From the human T2T-CHM13v2.0 reference genome, Homo sapiens: a stretch of DNA of 64,000 nt. Below the pieces are notes generated by a model. It did not search any database. It had not been told where the DNA came from and saw only the letters and a list, made by a program, of their open reading frames with translations. The stretch lies in assembly GCF_009914755.1 (NCBI RefSeq), contig NC_060937.1, one strand, 5' to 3'. How positions within the stretch are numbered: position 1 is the stretch's first letter; each line of letters begins with the position of its first letter. The translations under genes and the position numbers were made by a program. Positions 1 through 19,499 of this stretch are shown piece by piece.

Positions 1-54
1 GGAATGGAAGTCCTTATAACAGGTGTTTCATACAGCATTCAGCTAGTTTGCTAG

Positions 55-191
55 CCTGCTCTTCCATTGTTCTGCCATGTGAGGACTACAGGTGCTTTGA
101 TCTTGGACCTCCCAGCCTCCAGAACCGTGAGAAAGTAAATTTCCCTTAAAAAAATTACTTACATTTTGTTATAGCAGCACAGAATAAGACA
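55..191 (+). mobile_element. MaLR LTR 3' portion (MLT1/MST-like)
   Basis: Contains gccatgtgagga...tgatcttggacctcccagcctccagaaccgtgagaaa...ttttgttatagcagcacagaataagaca, typical of a MaLR LTR 3' end. Confidence 0.75.
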
Positions 192-1079
192 GCACGACAG
201 TGTTATACTACAGAAGGATGTATGAACATGATACCAATTTTGTGTTTTGAATTGTTGAAAAGAAATTTAATTTGTTATTTCCTCCAAGGGTTAGCCATTT
301 GGGGTTGCCATTATAAGACATCTGCACACTAAGGTTTAGCCTTTTTTTTTTTTTTTGGTTGACATTACAAAACATTTAAACACTTTGCACATTTCTCTGA
401 AAGGGCTTCCATGACTAGCAAACAAATGTTTGTTCTATTAGTTTAATACTAGCAAAAATGTATCTTTGGAAATTGGATTTGACAAAAACAATTTAAATGA
501 GTATGCTACACTGAAAGTGGTTTTTGAAAATAAAAGTGATGATCTAAACTACATTCCAATAATTTTAGAGTTTCAGATTAAAACAAAAACTGTTCCCTAA
601 TTTCAAACTTTACGAAAATGATTTAATAGCATTTGATTTTCTTTTTCAACTAATATGAAAATAAATTAAAGCTCATAAATGGAATTGATTCATATAAAGT
701 ACTAAACTATGGGACACTAAATATGATAATTCTATAACATACTGAAAGTGATTATATAAAATAGATATTATAAAAAAGACATTGTGCAAACCGTTCTATT
801 ATATTGGGAAATACCAATGTTTTTCCTAGTTAACAGACTCAATAATGAGTTTTGTTATGCATATTACTAACCAATAAACGTAATTCGTTGCTAATTGACA
901 TCTTTGTTCACAAGAAAAAAATAGATAACTGTATTCAAATCAAGCAAATAAAATTATGGTAAAATTTTAGTTGCTAAATATGTATGTTTTTCAATTAGTA
1001 CTTTTATGTAGTACTCTCATTCAGTAAAAAACAATGTTTGATACATTTGAGAAAACATATACACAATGGACTGCTAATA

Positions 1080-1400
1080 CACATCTACCAAGTAGCTATA
1101 ATTAAAACCTGACAGTAAAGTTTGACTGAGGACCTGAAACAAAAGGACCTTTCATCTACTGCTGGTGGAAGTATAATTGGCACATATTTTTGAAATTAGT
1201 TAGGCATTATATTTTAAAAGTGGAGATTTGCCTATGATATGAGCCAACAATTCTACTTTCAGAGGTAGTAACATAGAAATAGAAATATATGTACACCAAG
1301 AAAGTGTGTAAAGTTATGTATGCACAAAATTATGTATATAGATGATTAGTTATATAACATATGCCTTAATACATGTACAAATGTTTCTATGAATGTATAA
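1080..1400 (+). mobile_element. Old L1M 3'-region fragment
   Basis: Degenerate match to the L1 3' region (actgctggtggaagtataattggcac...tatgagccaacaattctactt). Boundaries approximate. Confidence 0.5.
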
Positions 1401-1653
1401 TATATTCCACTTCTTAAAAATTAAACTATACAACTGAACTATACTACTAAGAAATATATGCTTAGTTGCTAAACAACAAAAGAAAGACATGAAAAAATGT
1501 TACCATGAAGTCAATAATTATTTTGGGTAAGAACTGTGCAATGATTCAAGGAGAAATTGGAATGCATACTCTGGAGTACTAACATTGCTATGTAATATGC
1601 TATTCATTGTGATATAATGCATTGAGATGTACATTTCTGTATTTTTTGCATAT

Positions 1654-1759
1654 GTGTTACATTTTTAAACTAATTTTTCTTATCAAAGTAGATAAGAAAA
1701 ATAAGGTGTTACATTTTTAAACTAATTTTTCTTATCAAAGTAGATAAGAAAAATAAGGT
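1654..1759. repeat. Perfect 52-bp tandem duplication with an internal 12-bp hairpin
   Basis: gtgttacatttttaaactaatttttcttatcaaagtagataagaaaaataag occurs at 1654-1705 and 1706-1757. Confidence 0.95.
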
Positions 1760-2445
1760 AATCTGTTGTTTGTAAGGATAAAAAGAAAATACCACCATGT
1801 TAGAAAATTAGGAAAAGTATTCTTATATATTTTTCACCTTCCTGGGAGAATAGACTATACTTTTACTTATAATTTCTCTATTCACTTATTATGTAATTAT
1901 TTACTTAATTTTACACAAAATATTTTTATTATTTTTTCTTTACAGACTCCTAATTTGAAATCATGAATTAGTTAATAATCATAAGACGTATTCAAATAGC
2001 TTTTTACATTTTAATGAAAATTTAGTAAAAGCTGTCATACGAAAAATTAGTCCCTGATTTCTAGCATCCAATAACCCAATCTATAAATTTTAAAAATTTA
2101 GAGACTGTTAAAAAGTTACATAAAATCAAATGAACAAATGGTAACATTTAAACAAGTTCATAAGGAAAATTCCAAGGTCATTGCTAATGTGGAAAACAGT
2201 ACTTTTCGAAGTATTTGAAAGACTATCAAATAGAGTTAAAAATTGGAATAAAAAATTCAATAAACCACAAAATCACTGCGCTATTGCACCTTCATTTTGG
2301 CAACTCCAGACCAACGATCATACACATCTATATCAGAGCCATAAATAGCTTATCACAATCTATTCTTACAAGATTTGGTACACATTGCTCATAATTCTGG
2401 CAATTCTCCCTTCTGCAAACCCGCACATGGGGTTCCTTGATAGGA

Positions 2446-2746
<301 letters not shown>

Positions 2747-5700
2747 GACAGGAATTCTTTATGGAGGAGCTGTCTACATTTTAGGAAATGTCCACGTGAA
2801 AATCTGTATGATAGAAACATTTTAGGAGTAAATTAACTTTAGAAAAGAAGAAAAATACTATAGCGATCGCAACTTTATATCTAATACTGATTCGTCATTA
2901 CAGTCAAGCAAGGGCAATCTGCAGCCCTCCATCACCTATCTTGTTCCAGGGTAATTTCTAAATTTCCTTCTCTGGGTGTTTCACCAATAAGCTTTCCAAA
3001 GATGAGAGAGTCTAGATCACCCGCATCAGTGTCATTTTGGCCAAGAATCATTAATTTCCTTCTGAAAGGACATAAAATTGACTTTAGATTCCATTATCAG
3101 TGTTACCAGAAGGAAGAGGCTAGGGAAGACAATTTTGGAGTATTAGATTCTGATTCACCCCGGGCAATCAAGTTCTCTCAGTTTTATAGACTGAGACCGG
3201 CTGGTTGTTTTTGTTTGTTTTATAAATCTCCGACAGCTTTCCTGACCAGAACATTCTACAGCATCCTCACACTCACATTTGATCATATTGTATTTGCTTC
3301 CCATTCAGCTGTCTTTCATTATTTTTACTTTGATTTGAAGTCACTGAGTAATATTGAAGTCTGCTCTGAAAAAGAATCCTATAAAATGCACTGTAAAGAT
3401 GATAATGTTTCTCATTCAAAAACATGTAGTTATTTAATGTCCCCGAACTAGGGCATCTTAGATTATTTCCCCACTGCTGTAAGTACAAAGAACAGCTTTA
3501 ATTCTCATGAGTAAGTAGGTTTTTAAATTGTTTATTTATTTGTTTATCTTGTGGACAGATGGATTTTGATAATCGAAAGTTTCTCTTTTCACACTAGCTA
3601 TCAGAAATCCTAGAGCCAATTTGATGACTCACGTAAAATACTGCATAGGCCATGATGGCAAGCACCAGGTCTTGTTTTACTCTCCATTCATCTGCATTCT
3701 ATTTTTTTTCATTTTTATTGCTTGCAGTTAAAGATATGCCACGTTATTTATGAGTTTCTGTAACCCATCATCCTAAGAAAAGGAAATCATAAGAAAGTAA
3801 AAAATATTCCTTTGTTCTTATGCATGTTTTTCCCACTCATTGAACTACTTATGAAAAATTTTTAAAAAGACAAATTATGTCTTAGGATTTAAAGTAGAAT
3901 CCATAATAAATGCAAATTTTATGTGTATTATATAAAAAATACATTTACAATAAATATGTTGAGAAGGTAATATTCATGATAAATAAAATATTTTTATTGC
4001 AAATAATTACAATGAATAAATACTCACTACTTATTTAGCTTATTTAATATAATCCAGAATAAAGAAAAATGACCAATTTTTCTAATTTATTTTAGGAAGA
4101 TCATTTATTTTAAACATCTGTGATTGATAACATAGCACTCTAAGTAATATTATAATATCAAAATAAATAAATTTGAGAGAAATAAAATATTAGCTTTCAT
4201 ATTTTGACATAAAGTTAGACAAAAGGAAAGAATACATATAACTAAAACAATAAAATCACTAAGATATATTTAATAGCTGGAACTCTAACAATTTGTGTTA
4301 TATGCAGATAATATGCTTGCTTTTCCTTTTTTTCTTCAGTGGTGAAAATGTTTAAAAATTACATAAACATATGATAATCTTAAAGAAAACTTTGATAAAT
4401 TTCCCCAATTAGAAATTACTTAGTCTATACTTTTTGTAAATAACATAATAAATTCAAATAATAGTGATAGAAGTAAAAATAAATAAGTAAATAGTGTAAT
4501 CATTTAAAAGGAAAAGAAAAAGTGGAACATGGCACCAAAACAACATTCAATAAAATAGAAAATACAAACTAAAAAGAAAATACATGTAAAGTCTATGGGA
4601 TTATCATTATTATTATTATTTTGCTCATTTTTGAATCACATTATACCGTATATATTTTATCAACAAAAGGTTAAGTATTAGGAATTTAAAGAAAAAAATC
4701 CAATAAAATTGTTAATTAAAACAGGAAAACATGGATAATAATTTAATATAATATTTTACATTTTAAAAAATGTGTTTTGATAAAATAAGCAATACAAAAG
4801 AAATAAATTTAATTTAATAACATCTAATCAAGAAACAAAAAGTAAAAACATGAATGATCCAGGACATAGAGCAATATATTCTCATTTAAAACTTACTGAC
4901 ATTTGTTTTATAAACTTGATTAAAATTTTCAGAGAAATTACTCAATTAATTTAAGGAGAAATAGAATATGCGAAGTGTATGTGTACAATAAATATGATAT
5001 TGTTAAATTAATTATTTTAAAGAACTACATCTAAAAATGGCATCACAAAAATTCTCTCAGCCTCTCAAGATGCTGATCATTTTCATGTCCAGTAATCTAG
5101 TTCAATATAAACAAAAGACTAAAACTTTTTTCTATTAAATTTATGATTATATATTTCAAATAGCATAATTTTGAAATAAGCATTCAGAGAAATAACATTA
5201 TAAAAGCAATATTAGAAAATAATCAATAATATTATAAAAAATTAGCCAATAATATTAGAAAAAAGCACTAGCACCTTAATCCAGTCGTAAAATAAAATGA
5301 TAGATAACCATAGACAAATAAGATTTATTGCAAGGTAATAAAAAAGTTAGAAAGCCAATTAGTACAATCAATTATAACATTCAGTGAAAATATTTAATAT
5401 TTAATAAAATGGTTAGAACTTTTTCTAATAGGGATTGAAAATAAATTGGTAAAATTCAACTTCTATTCTCCCAAAATATTGTATAAATATTAAATGAGGT
5501 ACTCTTTATTATGATTAATAGTATCTAATTGAATAACACTAAAAATATGCTATTAGAATGTGAACTTTTATTACATAATTAATATCACTTAGCATGTCTT
5601 TAAATATATTTAAAGATGAATATATATTTGTTTCTCAAAATGTGAAGGTTGTACAAACCTAATAAAATATTCACATGGACATTTAGTTTTTAATTAAATT

Positions 5701-7009
5701 ATTTTTATTATAATATACTTTATCATGTAGCAAACTTAAAAGTACTTGTAAACTACATATTCTTCTGACTCTAACAAACATAAATCTAAGTTAATTAAAT
5801 ACAAAATATCAACATTTAAAACGTTGTCATCGATTTCATGTGATAGATGATGCTGTTTTGATGAAACAAAATAGCTTCTTTCAACATCACTATGACAGTA
5901 GCCACTACTGACAATAGTTCTATAAAGGTTAGCATTTCTATACTAACATATACCGTGATCATTTGAATAACTCATTATTATCTACACCTTTTCCCAGACC
6001 AAAATTCTTCATCATTTATGTAGTATATCTACCTTCTTTTCTCATTAGTCTCTATTAATTGAAATAGTACACTACTGTGTCACACAATGTTGTTGGCAAA
6101 CACATACATGTTTTTAAAAATAACTGAAGTGAGCCCAGATTATTCAAAAATAATCTTTTAATTTGGAATTCTCACTAAAGGTAATATTTTGGCATGAATG
6201 CAGTTTTTTAAAATAACTTAGATAAACTCCAGGATCCATTAGGACTATTGTTGTTATTTTAAAATTAAGATGTGTTAATCTAACCAAACATTCATACATT
6301 AGAACAACGTATTAAAAGTTAATCAATTCCTTGATAATGATTTCCTGTGTCACTTTAGTCAATACCATAGATAGTATTGGCAGTCCATCTACAAATAAAA
6401 AGTAAATCAAGTGAAAGCTATTATACCTGAGAAGGCTGAGGAAGACAAAACTACATCGTGATGCCTAAATTATTTTTCCTTAGTGCTTATTTTCTTACAT
6501 GCCTTCTATGTGGTAAAACACAAGCTCTCAGCCACTTAATGGCATGTGTTCCATGGCAAATTAAACCTATTTGTTTCAATTTATTTCAAGTCACATCACA
6601 CAATGCAGCAAAAGAATGCCACATTTCATTGACTAATCCACCCCTGAAAATTGCTTGGAATGAGTTAGTGAGAAATTGTGTGGGGATTTACTCTCATTGC
6701 CTTGGGAAGAATCAAATCCTTATTATAAATTGGAGCTAATAGTGGTCACCGTGTAGTGTAGTTCAAAATCATTAGGACTGTGTTATATGACTCTAGAGTA
6801 TAGTATATTTTTAAACATTGAGTCTGCAGTCTTAATATTTTATGAATATTTTATTTTATAAGTTGTAAGTTATGAGTTTTCATAACCCATGAAAAGACCT
6901 CAGAGGTACATAATATTGAATGGTTGTTCATGAAAAACTGCATATTTGTGAATTCATCAGCAAAGGAAGTAAAGGAGGAAAATAATGGAAAAAACTCAAT
7001 TCTGACAAT

Positions 7010-7170
7010 TGGGAAATGTGAGTAATGGTCCTATGACTGCTATTTATTAACTAGGTTTTCCTTAGGTAAGTCACTTTATTTCTTTGGGTCTTAGTTTTCT
7101 CATCTGTCCATCAAGGAGCTTGGATTAGGATACCTCTAAAAACTCTTGAGTTCTGAAATCCTGTGTTCTA
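7010..7170 (+). mobile_element. MIR remnant
   Basis: Core ccttaggtaagtcactttatttctttgggtcttagttttctcatctgt followed by ttggattaggatacctctaa. Confidence 0.65.
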
Positions 7171-9389
7171 CTATGACATTAATTTCATCACATATGTATA
7201 GATAATTTCATTGCCCACTTAATTCTAGACTGCTAACAATTATCTATCCTAAAAGTGCACCTCTAAAATGTTCTATCTAGCAAGCCTTCCCTAATCATCT
7301 AGAGCCAACATAAAGAATCTTTTCTTTAAAATTCTATAGCTGATATATAGCAATTTTAAAGTATTTATTCTGATATATGGTCCATATTGGTGAATTTGTC
7401 TTTGTTCCATACTAGAAGTCAAGGGCTATTTATTATTCATTCAGGTGACTCCCCTTCTTCCGCAGTGCCCCTACCTCAAAGACCTAATAGTGCTACATGT
7501 ACATGAAAGATAAAATTGAGGCTCAGTAAAAGTGCATTGTATAAATGTAGGGAACTAGGTTTTCTGCTCTATACTTGAATCTTATTGTACCTATGAGAGT
7601 CACTGGGTCTTCCTCTTCACTCGCTAGAATATTTGGCCTTTGCCATCCTTTGGACAGTCCCTGGAAACTGCAACTTGAGTAAAATCAAGACCTAAATTTA
7701 AATTTGCTAGTGATATTCTCCCAGTTTCAAATTTACTATCTACCATAACAACTCATAACGCTTCATCACTTTCATGGGCCATATTTCTCTGTTTCTGTCA
7801 CTGGCCTATATCAGAAACGTTGAGAATGACAAAACTCTTTTAGTATTTTTCCCCACTTGGAAAACGTTTTTTCAATCAGTTGGTAAAAATAAATATCAAA
7901 AATTTTGTGTCTGGGGGATTGCTTGTTTCCTTCATATCACTATATTGTACTTAACCTCAGAGCACTGATCACATTCATTTTAATTGCATGTAGATTTTTT
8001 AATCTACACAGTAGCCCATGAATTTCTAACGGAAGAATTTTTTGTTTTATCTCTGTTTACTCAGTAGTTAACATAAAGCCTGTTAGAGCACATCCACATA
8101 GCACGCAATGTGTGAATAAACAACTTCATACCAGAGTCTGGCTGGAGTAAATATGAACTGTAACTCAAGGTTGTGCCTTAGAAAAGCTCACAACCTACTT
8201 ATGACAATGTGAGCTATATAAAATGTGGCAACAGAAAAATCACAGAGTAACTCCTGGATCTTGTTATCTTTCAGGAAATTAAATTCTTCCTGCTAGGACA
8301 AATTAAATGATCAGCAAAAAAAAGTGATAGAAACCTGTAAGAAAAAGTATTAGGATGTAAAAACGAGTTAATGAATGGAGTCTATAATACTATTTCTACT
8401 CATCTCACACTGTTACAGAGTGTTTAAAAATGTTAAATTGAATGTGTAGAAAAAATAAACACAATAAATTAGTATAATTCAAAGTGACAGCACAGGAACC
8501 CCTAGATAGAGGCATGGAAAGAAACAAATCAAAACTAATGTATTCCTCTGAGTGGATATTGATATCAACATAAATTATAATTCCTATTAAATTCATAAAG
8601 TGTTAATTAAAATGCTGCTCTACACAGCATTACATATTGTATGTGTGTAAATATTAGTGCTAGGACATTTTACTGCTTCTCATTTATCACCTTCAGAATC
8701 AAATGTGTATTTTTATATGCTGTACAACCTATGAAATGCAACAGGCAGATTGGATTTCCCTAGAAAATGTCCTTGTCTCCATTAAGAGCTTTATGCATTT
8801 TCCATATGTATACAAGAAAAAATACAGAATGGAATAATATAGTATTCTCTACATATGTATATGCATATACATATGTGTATGTATATATACATTTCTTGAC
8901 TACTAATTTATGTTTCAAAAATTCTATTCTATTTTATATCAAAATATTAAAGGGAAGTAACAGGTCTTAAATTTGAGATCCTTTATATATTAATTTTGTT
9001 AATATCAAATAATTCAACATACTTGTTCCACCATTATTCCATCATTATTTCAAATATTTCAAATATGTATGTATCCTACCATTATTTCAAATGTTTCCAT
9101 ATTCTATAGAATATTTATCTTTTCTAAATTATTGTCCTTAATAGACAAAGACATAAATAGCTGATTTCTAAGTTTTTGAAAAGCAATTTTATATTTACAA
9201 GGAATACCACACCAGAAAAAGTCTGCAACATCAATATTACCAAGACAACTCTTTATTAGTCTGAAGTGTATTTCTCTTAATGTAGACTTCTTAGTCTTTT
9301 TGCTACAGATATTATCTAGTATTAATTGCATTACATAGTGGTCACATGAGACTGATAATAAACTGAGAGGGAAAATTTTGTTCCTCAGA

Positions 9390-11450
<2,061 letters not shown>

Positions 11451-12309
11451 TATAGAACAAGATTTGAGCAGATTGCATACTCCCTAATATATTTACTTTT
11501 AAAAAGAGTAAGTAATTCAGAATTCCTATAAACAACTTGAAAATGTTGCTAGAGAACATTCAAATTACAATAATGACACTAAGTATGTTGAATATTAAAT
11601 GGTTTTCCTAAGGTCATAGAAAAGACTAATGATATAACTTAAGATTTATGTCTTCTAGGGAAGCCCAGAGTTCCCTCTTCTGTACTGTTTCCTCTTCATT
11701 TAGCTTGTAAAATAATATTTGCTAAAGCATTGATTCCTTCTAAATTATTTTCAACTTTTGGACAAATTCTTGAGAACAATCTGTTAAATTCAGAAATTCT
11801 ATAGGTTTGAAATTTTAAGGAACCACAAATATGTAACAGCTTTGAGAACGTAATCTGAAGAAAATATGTCACTAAAATGTGTAAACTACAAAATTCTCAA
11901 TAAAATATTATACCATATGTAAAATTCATTTCTAGGTTACATGTTTTTAGCATAGCAGAATAATACATGCTCTAAAGATAAACTCTATTTTTTTGCCAAA
12001 ATTGTTCACATTTTCGATCATTTATGGCCATTTGTGAAAACTCAATGCCTTCTTCTACTGAGACAAACTATAAATATAAAATAAATTATTTTTCTAAATA
12101 AAAAAGATTTTATTTAAAAATGAACATTGGCAATAGGATGAATAATTACAAAATGCTTATAATCTGAAACTGTAAAGTGTTGTTGCAAATGTGCCAATTA
12201 AAAAGGCATTGTTGCATTAATATTTCTACTTTTTACAAAAAGCCTTTCTTATGCATCTTCCAATAAATTGACCAGATGCTTAGTGATATTAAGAGTTGTG
12301 AGAAAGGAA

Positions 12310-12410
12310 AACACCACTAAAACCTTACTCATGTAGCCAAAACCACCTGTTCCCCCAAAAGCTATTAAAATAAAAATCAATCAATCAATCAATAAAAATA
12401 AAATGAGGAA
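12310..12410 (+). mobile_element. L1PB/L1MA extreme 3' end with A-rich tail
   Basis: ttactcatgtagccaaaaccacctgttcccccaaaagctattaaaataaaaa followed by (TCAA)n and A-rich sequence. Confidence 0.7.
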
Positions 12411-14524
12411 AAAGTTTAAAAATAAATAAAACATTATGAGAAGGGAAATATTTACTTAGCATCTATACATAGTGTATATTTTATACATATAATTTATATC
12501 TATACATTATGTAAATATAATATACAAATATATGTAATACTTGAAGGTGAAAAGACCTACATAAGTGAAGAGAGTAGTGGTGTTCATATTTCATAAATTC
12601 AGGCCCAAAGTTTATGAAATGAGGTTTATATTTATGATTAACCAAAAATATAATATTTTACCTTATTTCTAGCTTGAGAATGCATGTGTTTAAAGCTTTG
12701 TCATCTTTATCTCTATAATTCTCCATGCCTAGCAAAGTTCATAGTGAATGCTTAATAAATGCCAGTCAAATTGAATTTTTAAATGCATATTTGGAACTCT
12801 TCATTTCTTGGTAGAATAATATTCATATGACCTATGAATGATAGAGAGTAAGATGAAGAATGGATCATTTAGATTTTACTTTCCAGAGCACATGGCCTTT
12901 TCTATATGCTAGCATAATGGATACACTGGTGCAGGGAGCTGGGGGATTTTTCTCCTGGGCCTGTTCCATATTTATCATCTATGTTGTCACTGGGTACACA
13001 AGGTCTATCCACTTTGTAAGAGGATTTCTGCCTAGAGAGACATATTTTATTTTTTTGCTAAGATGATCAGTATAAAACTGACAAAGTGTTTGCAACTGGA
13101 GTTTAAAAGTAGTTCCTGAACCTTGATCATGTTGTTCTTGGTCTTAGTGGAATGAAGAGTGTAGCCAATTCTTTAATGCTTATTCTAGTTGCATTGAGAT
13201 GAAAGTCCCGAAGCCTCCTTTGTTCTAAAATTAATAAACTGAGCAAAGGAAAGAGTAGGTTGTTGTCTATATGAGCCAAAAGATGCATGAATAGGCTCAT
13301 GCAAAATCTACAATTATATTTATACAGCATAATAAGGTCAATATGTTTGCTTCCACGGAATACTGTTCCACAATAAAAAAGCAATGACGTATATGTAAGT
13401 ACCTGTATGAATCTTTAGAGTTAATTGTGACACTGTGAAGTGTTTTGCTATCACAAGAAAGGATATTGCAAATGCACTATCAATTTTGTTACTATACATG
13501 AAACATTTCCACTGAATATTTTTGGGTGCTCGCCTTCTCATTCCAGGATTAGGGGTTCAAACTAGACATTGATTTATATTTGGATTTTCCTGATTTGGAT
13601 ATTCCTGAATATCCAAATAATTGAAACACAATATTTTAACAACCTTTTCACATCGCAGTACAGAATATTCGATCAACTCTAAAAATAAAAACACAGTACA
13701 AGAAAAGAATATAATGACTTGATTGGACTACAATCGATTGAATGGCATTAACCTTAATTGGCTGCATTATTAAATGCATATATAATGGGGAGAGAAAGAC
13801 ATCGATAAAGAGGAAATTTTATTTTTTGAGTTTTGGGTTATCTAATGTTTCCATTTATTTTGTGCTATATATTTTACAGTAAAGAGATGCTTAGGAAGAA
13901 ACAAGGTGCAATTAGAACGGATTAGGAGGTAAAATTTAAAAATCAAGGGCTGAAGTTTATTTCTAATTTTTCTTTTAATACCAGAATCACTAAATAAAGA
14001 ATAAGTTTTTTATATTTTATTGTATGTAGTAATTAAGGTATATTTTCTTAAAACAAATTTCATCTTTCATAGTGATGCTCTTATATTCAAAAATTATGTT
14101 GCAAAACTATGTCCTATGATGTAATATTAAATCAGTCAATATTGATATACAAACATTCCACTTGTGTTTAGGGAATATGAGAAGGCTTTATTTGGAGGCA
14201 AGGATTTGAAGATTAATTTTGTTTGGTGTAAGATTTTCTCTTAGTGTCAATATCTGTGATTTTTGACAACATGTTTTAGTGTGGAGTCATTCTGAGCACT
14301 GTTATATAGCACAGCTCCTAATTTAGACTTTCAAAACTCTATTCTTATAGAGAAATTGAATTCCATGGGGCTTTTGATGGGGCTTTCATTTTTAGAGAAT
14401 ATCTCTGAATTTTAACTTTTTTACATATTACAATGAATATTTCCATTATTAAATTATTTTCTGTTATAATGATTTTCTCTAAAAGTTGAAATTTTAGCAT
14501 TTAAATAACTCATGAGAATGACAA

Positions 14525-14770
14525 TAAAAGCTACTGCTTATTGAGCACTTATTATGTGCCAAACAATGCTCCAGGCACTGTATAAGGGTGATCTCTTATA
14601 ATTTTCACAATAATCTCTGTGCAAAATATATTACATTCAATTCACAGATGAAAAAAATATGCCTCAAGGAATTTAAATAACTTGTCCAAGGTCATAGACT
14701 AGCAAATTGCAAAGCCATGATTCAAGCTCAGTTTCTGATTCCTAAATCCATGTGCATAATGATTAAGGCG
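14525..14770 (-). mobile_element. MIR
   Basis: ttattgagcacttattatgtgcca...ttcacagatgaaaaaa...aataacttgtccaaggtcata...gattcaagctcag. Confidence 0.8.
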
Positions 14771-14871
14771 CAGAGCCTCTTTTAGTGTTAATTATTCACA
14801 TATACACAACTTCTCAATTTATTTGAGTTTTATTTGTGAATGAAGTCGATTTTAACAAGCAATATGAATTG

Positions 14872-16810
<1,939 letters not shown>

Positions 16811-17199
16811 AAAAGCAAACATGGAGCTGTAAGGTGTATTTACATACACTATGCTTTCACTATATTCTCTTTCAAAAGTTTGAAATAGATTATAATTAGA
16901 TTTTCATTTGTTTATTGTTTAGATTGTCATTTAGGTAAATGAAGGCTGTTTAACGAAAGTCTGCTCATCCTGTGTTCCTTCACAATTTCCCAAAATAATC
17001 TGTTGTCAGTAAGGATGAGGGTTTGTCAAAAAAGAAGGAGACAGCATAATTATATTTAGCCAATGGTGAGAAAGTCTTATTGAACTCTTAGTATTTGAGC
17101 ATACTCAGTGCTTAAAATGGCTACATTGGAATCCGTTACAGATACTTACAGTAGTCAAATTGCTTTATGAAATTTGGTCGTATGAATTAGGTCATTTTT

Positions 17200-17615
17200 G
17201 TCATACCCAATTAAAACAGACCCAAAAAGCCAGGGGGAGAAAGCCCTCAGAGCACATAACATTGCTCCAGGAAGATAATTTCCTACAAGCCAAGTTGCTG
17301 AAATTGCCTGTCGTAACCTGAAACCAGTTTTATCTAATGGCCACTGAAACAACCTTGAATGTTTTATCTAAGGCCCTCACTTGCCAGTCAAAACCTGCCA
17401 GCTCCCTAACACTTTACTAATGGCAATGAATTTTCTCAAAGAACAAAGCATAACATTTCCCTTTTTTTAAATAAAACCTCTAACCTTTTGTTTATTCTTG
17501 AGACATACTTAAGACCACCCCGTGTGCGTGCATGCCCCAAATTGCCATTCTTTCTTCCCAAATAAAATGTTTTCATTGAAAAAAATGCGTCTCTATGTTT
17601 TATTTGACTTCAATA
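17200..17615 (+). mobile_element. ERV1-class solo LTR (MER34/MER39-like)
   Basis: Begins tg. Contains ctgaaaccagttttatctaatgg, gacatacttaagaccaccc, cccaaataaaa (polyA signal). Ends ttttatttgacttcaata. Confidence 0.65.
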
Positions 17616-17789
17616 GCTTCCTGGGTTAAAGTTTAAGCAATTTTCGTTTCATGTGAAAGCAAAAACACCCATCAGTTTTTGGGACCTAAATATATCCTAG
17701 TAAGGTCACTCAGGCCCTTTTCTTCACTAAAGAGAAGACAATTTAAAGAACCATGAAGTTGGATTGTTGGAACTCTATTTCCATCTACA

Positions 17790-18250
17790 ATACCCTTCAT
17801 TCAGCAAAATGTACTGAATATTTAACATGAGCCAGGCACTGTTCCAGAATGGGAAATATAAACTTCTATGTGGTTCTTACATACTTATATTTGCAAGTGA
17901 GGAGTGGAACAAGAGGCAGACATCAAATGAGAAAAACAATATAAGAACTAAGTTAAATGAGTGACATTATATAATTAAAAGAAGGTGGAAACTGTAAAGG
18001 AAAGAAAGGTCTGAAGGAATGTTGTGTTAGCAAAAGACTTCATGAGCAGAGAACATTTAAGTTAGGGACGCAGGATTACAAAATGAAAAACAATATGGCT
18101 TTAAAAACAAACAACAGCAAAAAAGAATAGAAGAAAGAAACAAAGAAAAGGGCCTATGGTGCTGAAATGTGAGGAATGAGCATACGAGTTATTTGAGGTA
18201 AGGTAAGAGGAGTAGTTTGACAATGGACAGTTAATATTAAGAGATTTGAA
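17790..18250 (-). mobile_element. L2 remnant
   Basis: cattcagcaaaatgtactgaatatttaacatgagccaggcactgttc resembles the L2 3' end. Boundaries approximate. Confidence 0.55.
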
Positions 18251-18490
18251 TTTCCCATGAGGGAAAATATGCAGTTACATGGTGTCACAGAAATTAAAGA
18301 CACAGTTTTTAGTACGAATGCTGTTTAAAGTATGAAGCTGTTCAAAGTATGAATATTCACATAAATAAACATATGTTAATTGTATAAGAAGAAGGATGTT
18401 TTCTTTTTACCGATGTTCTGATGATACACACATCCACATGTAAACTCATGTCATCTTCATGCATCCTGTAGAGTTAAAAAGTAAGAAACA

Positions 18491-18837
<347 letters not shown>

Positions 18838-19499
18838 TCATCAAATTCCAAAAGAAATTGTATGAAAGCACAGTGAGTCTACTTCAGAAACAATTTAGCA
18901 AGTTCCGTAAGACATAATAGGACATCTGATGTCTATCACATCTGAATAAATGCAGTGATTTCCTAGCTCCTTCATTGCTTACTGGAAGGATGCATGATAT
19001 TACATTTTACTTAGCTATATGAAGATACTTTCTAGAATATTTTGGACATATTAACATTTTTCTCCTCTCAGTGCACTGTAAATATTTATTTTTCAAACAT
19101 CGTTTTGCTTTGAAGATTATGGTATCTTGCTGGTTCACCACCAGAGAGAGTATTATTCGTGTTTGGGATAAACTCTATGAATTGTAACATGTAACCTTGC
19201 AACAAATTGCAATATATGAATTCAAAATTAATTTTGGTCAGCTAGAAAAATATTCCTACTCTTCAAATATTATTCATATTATAAATTTAACAATATACCT
19301 TCAAATCTTTGACAAAGCCAAGTTAAAATAAGTAACTTGTATGGAAGAATTGAGTAAAAATAGTCAATGTACTTCTCTTATATTTTATAATTTTAATTTA
19401 AAAATTTTTATCAAGCTAAATTTGTGTGCTACCCCTTTTCTTCTTAGAGACCTACAATAAGTCCTTATTACAAATTAAAATGAAATTTACATATGCTAA

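Noticed and set aside
3002-3451. Longest ORF (149 aa)
   Set aside because: No recognisable domain, composition typical of AT-rich non-coding DNA, and no promoter or CpG island context. Compatible with chance.
4450-5520. Very A-rich stretch resembling decayed L1ME ORF2
   Set aside because: Too diverged to delimit by eye; probably an old L1 but not supportable with coordinates.
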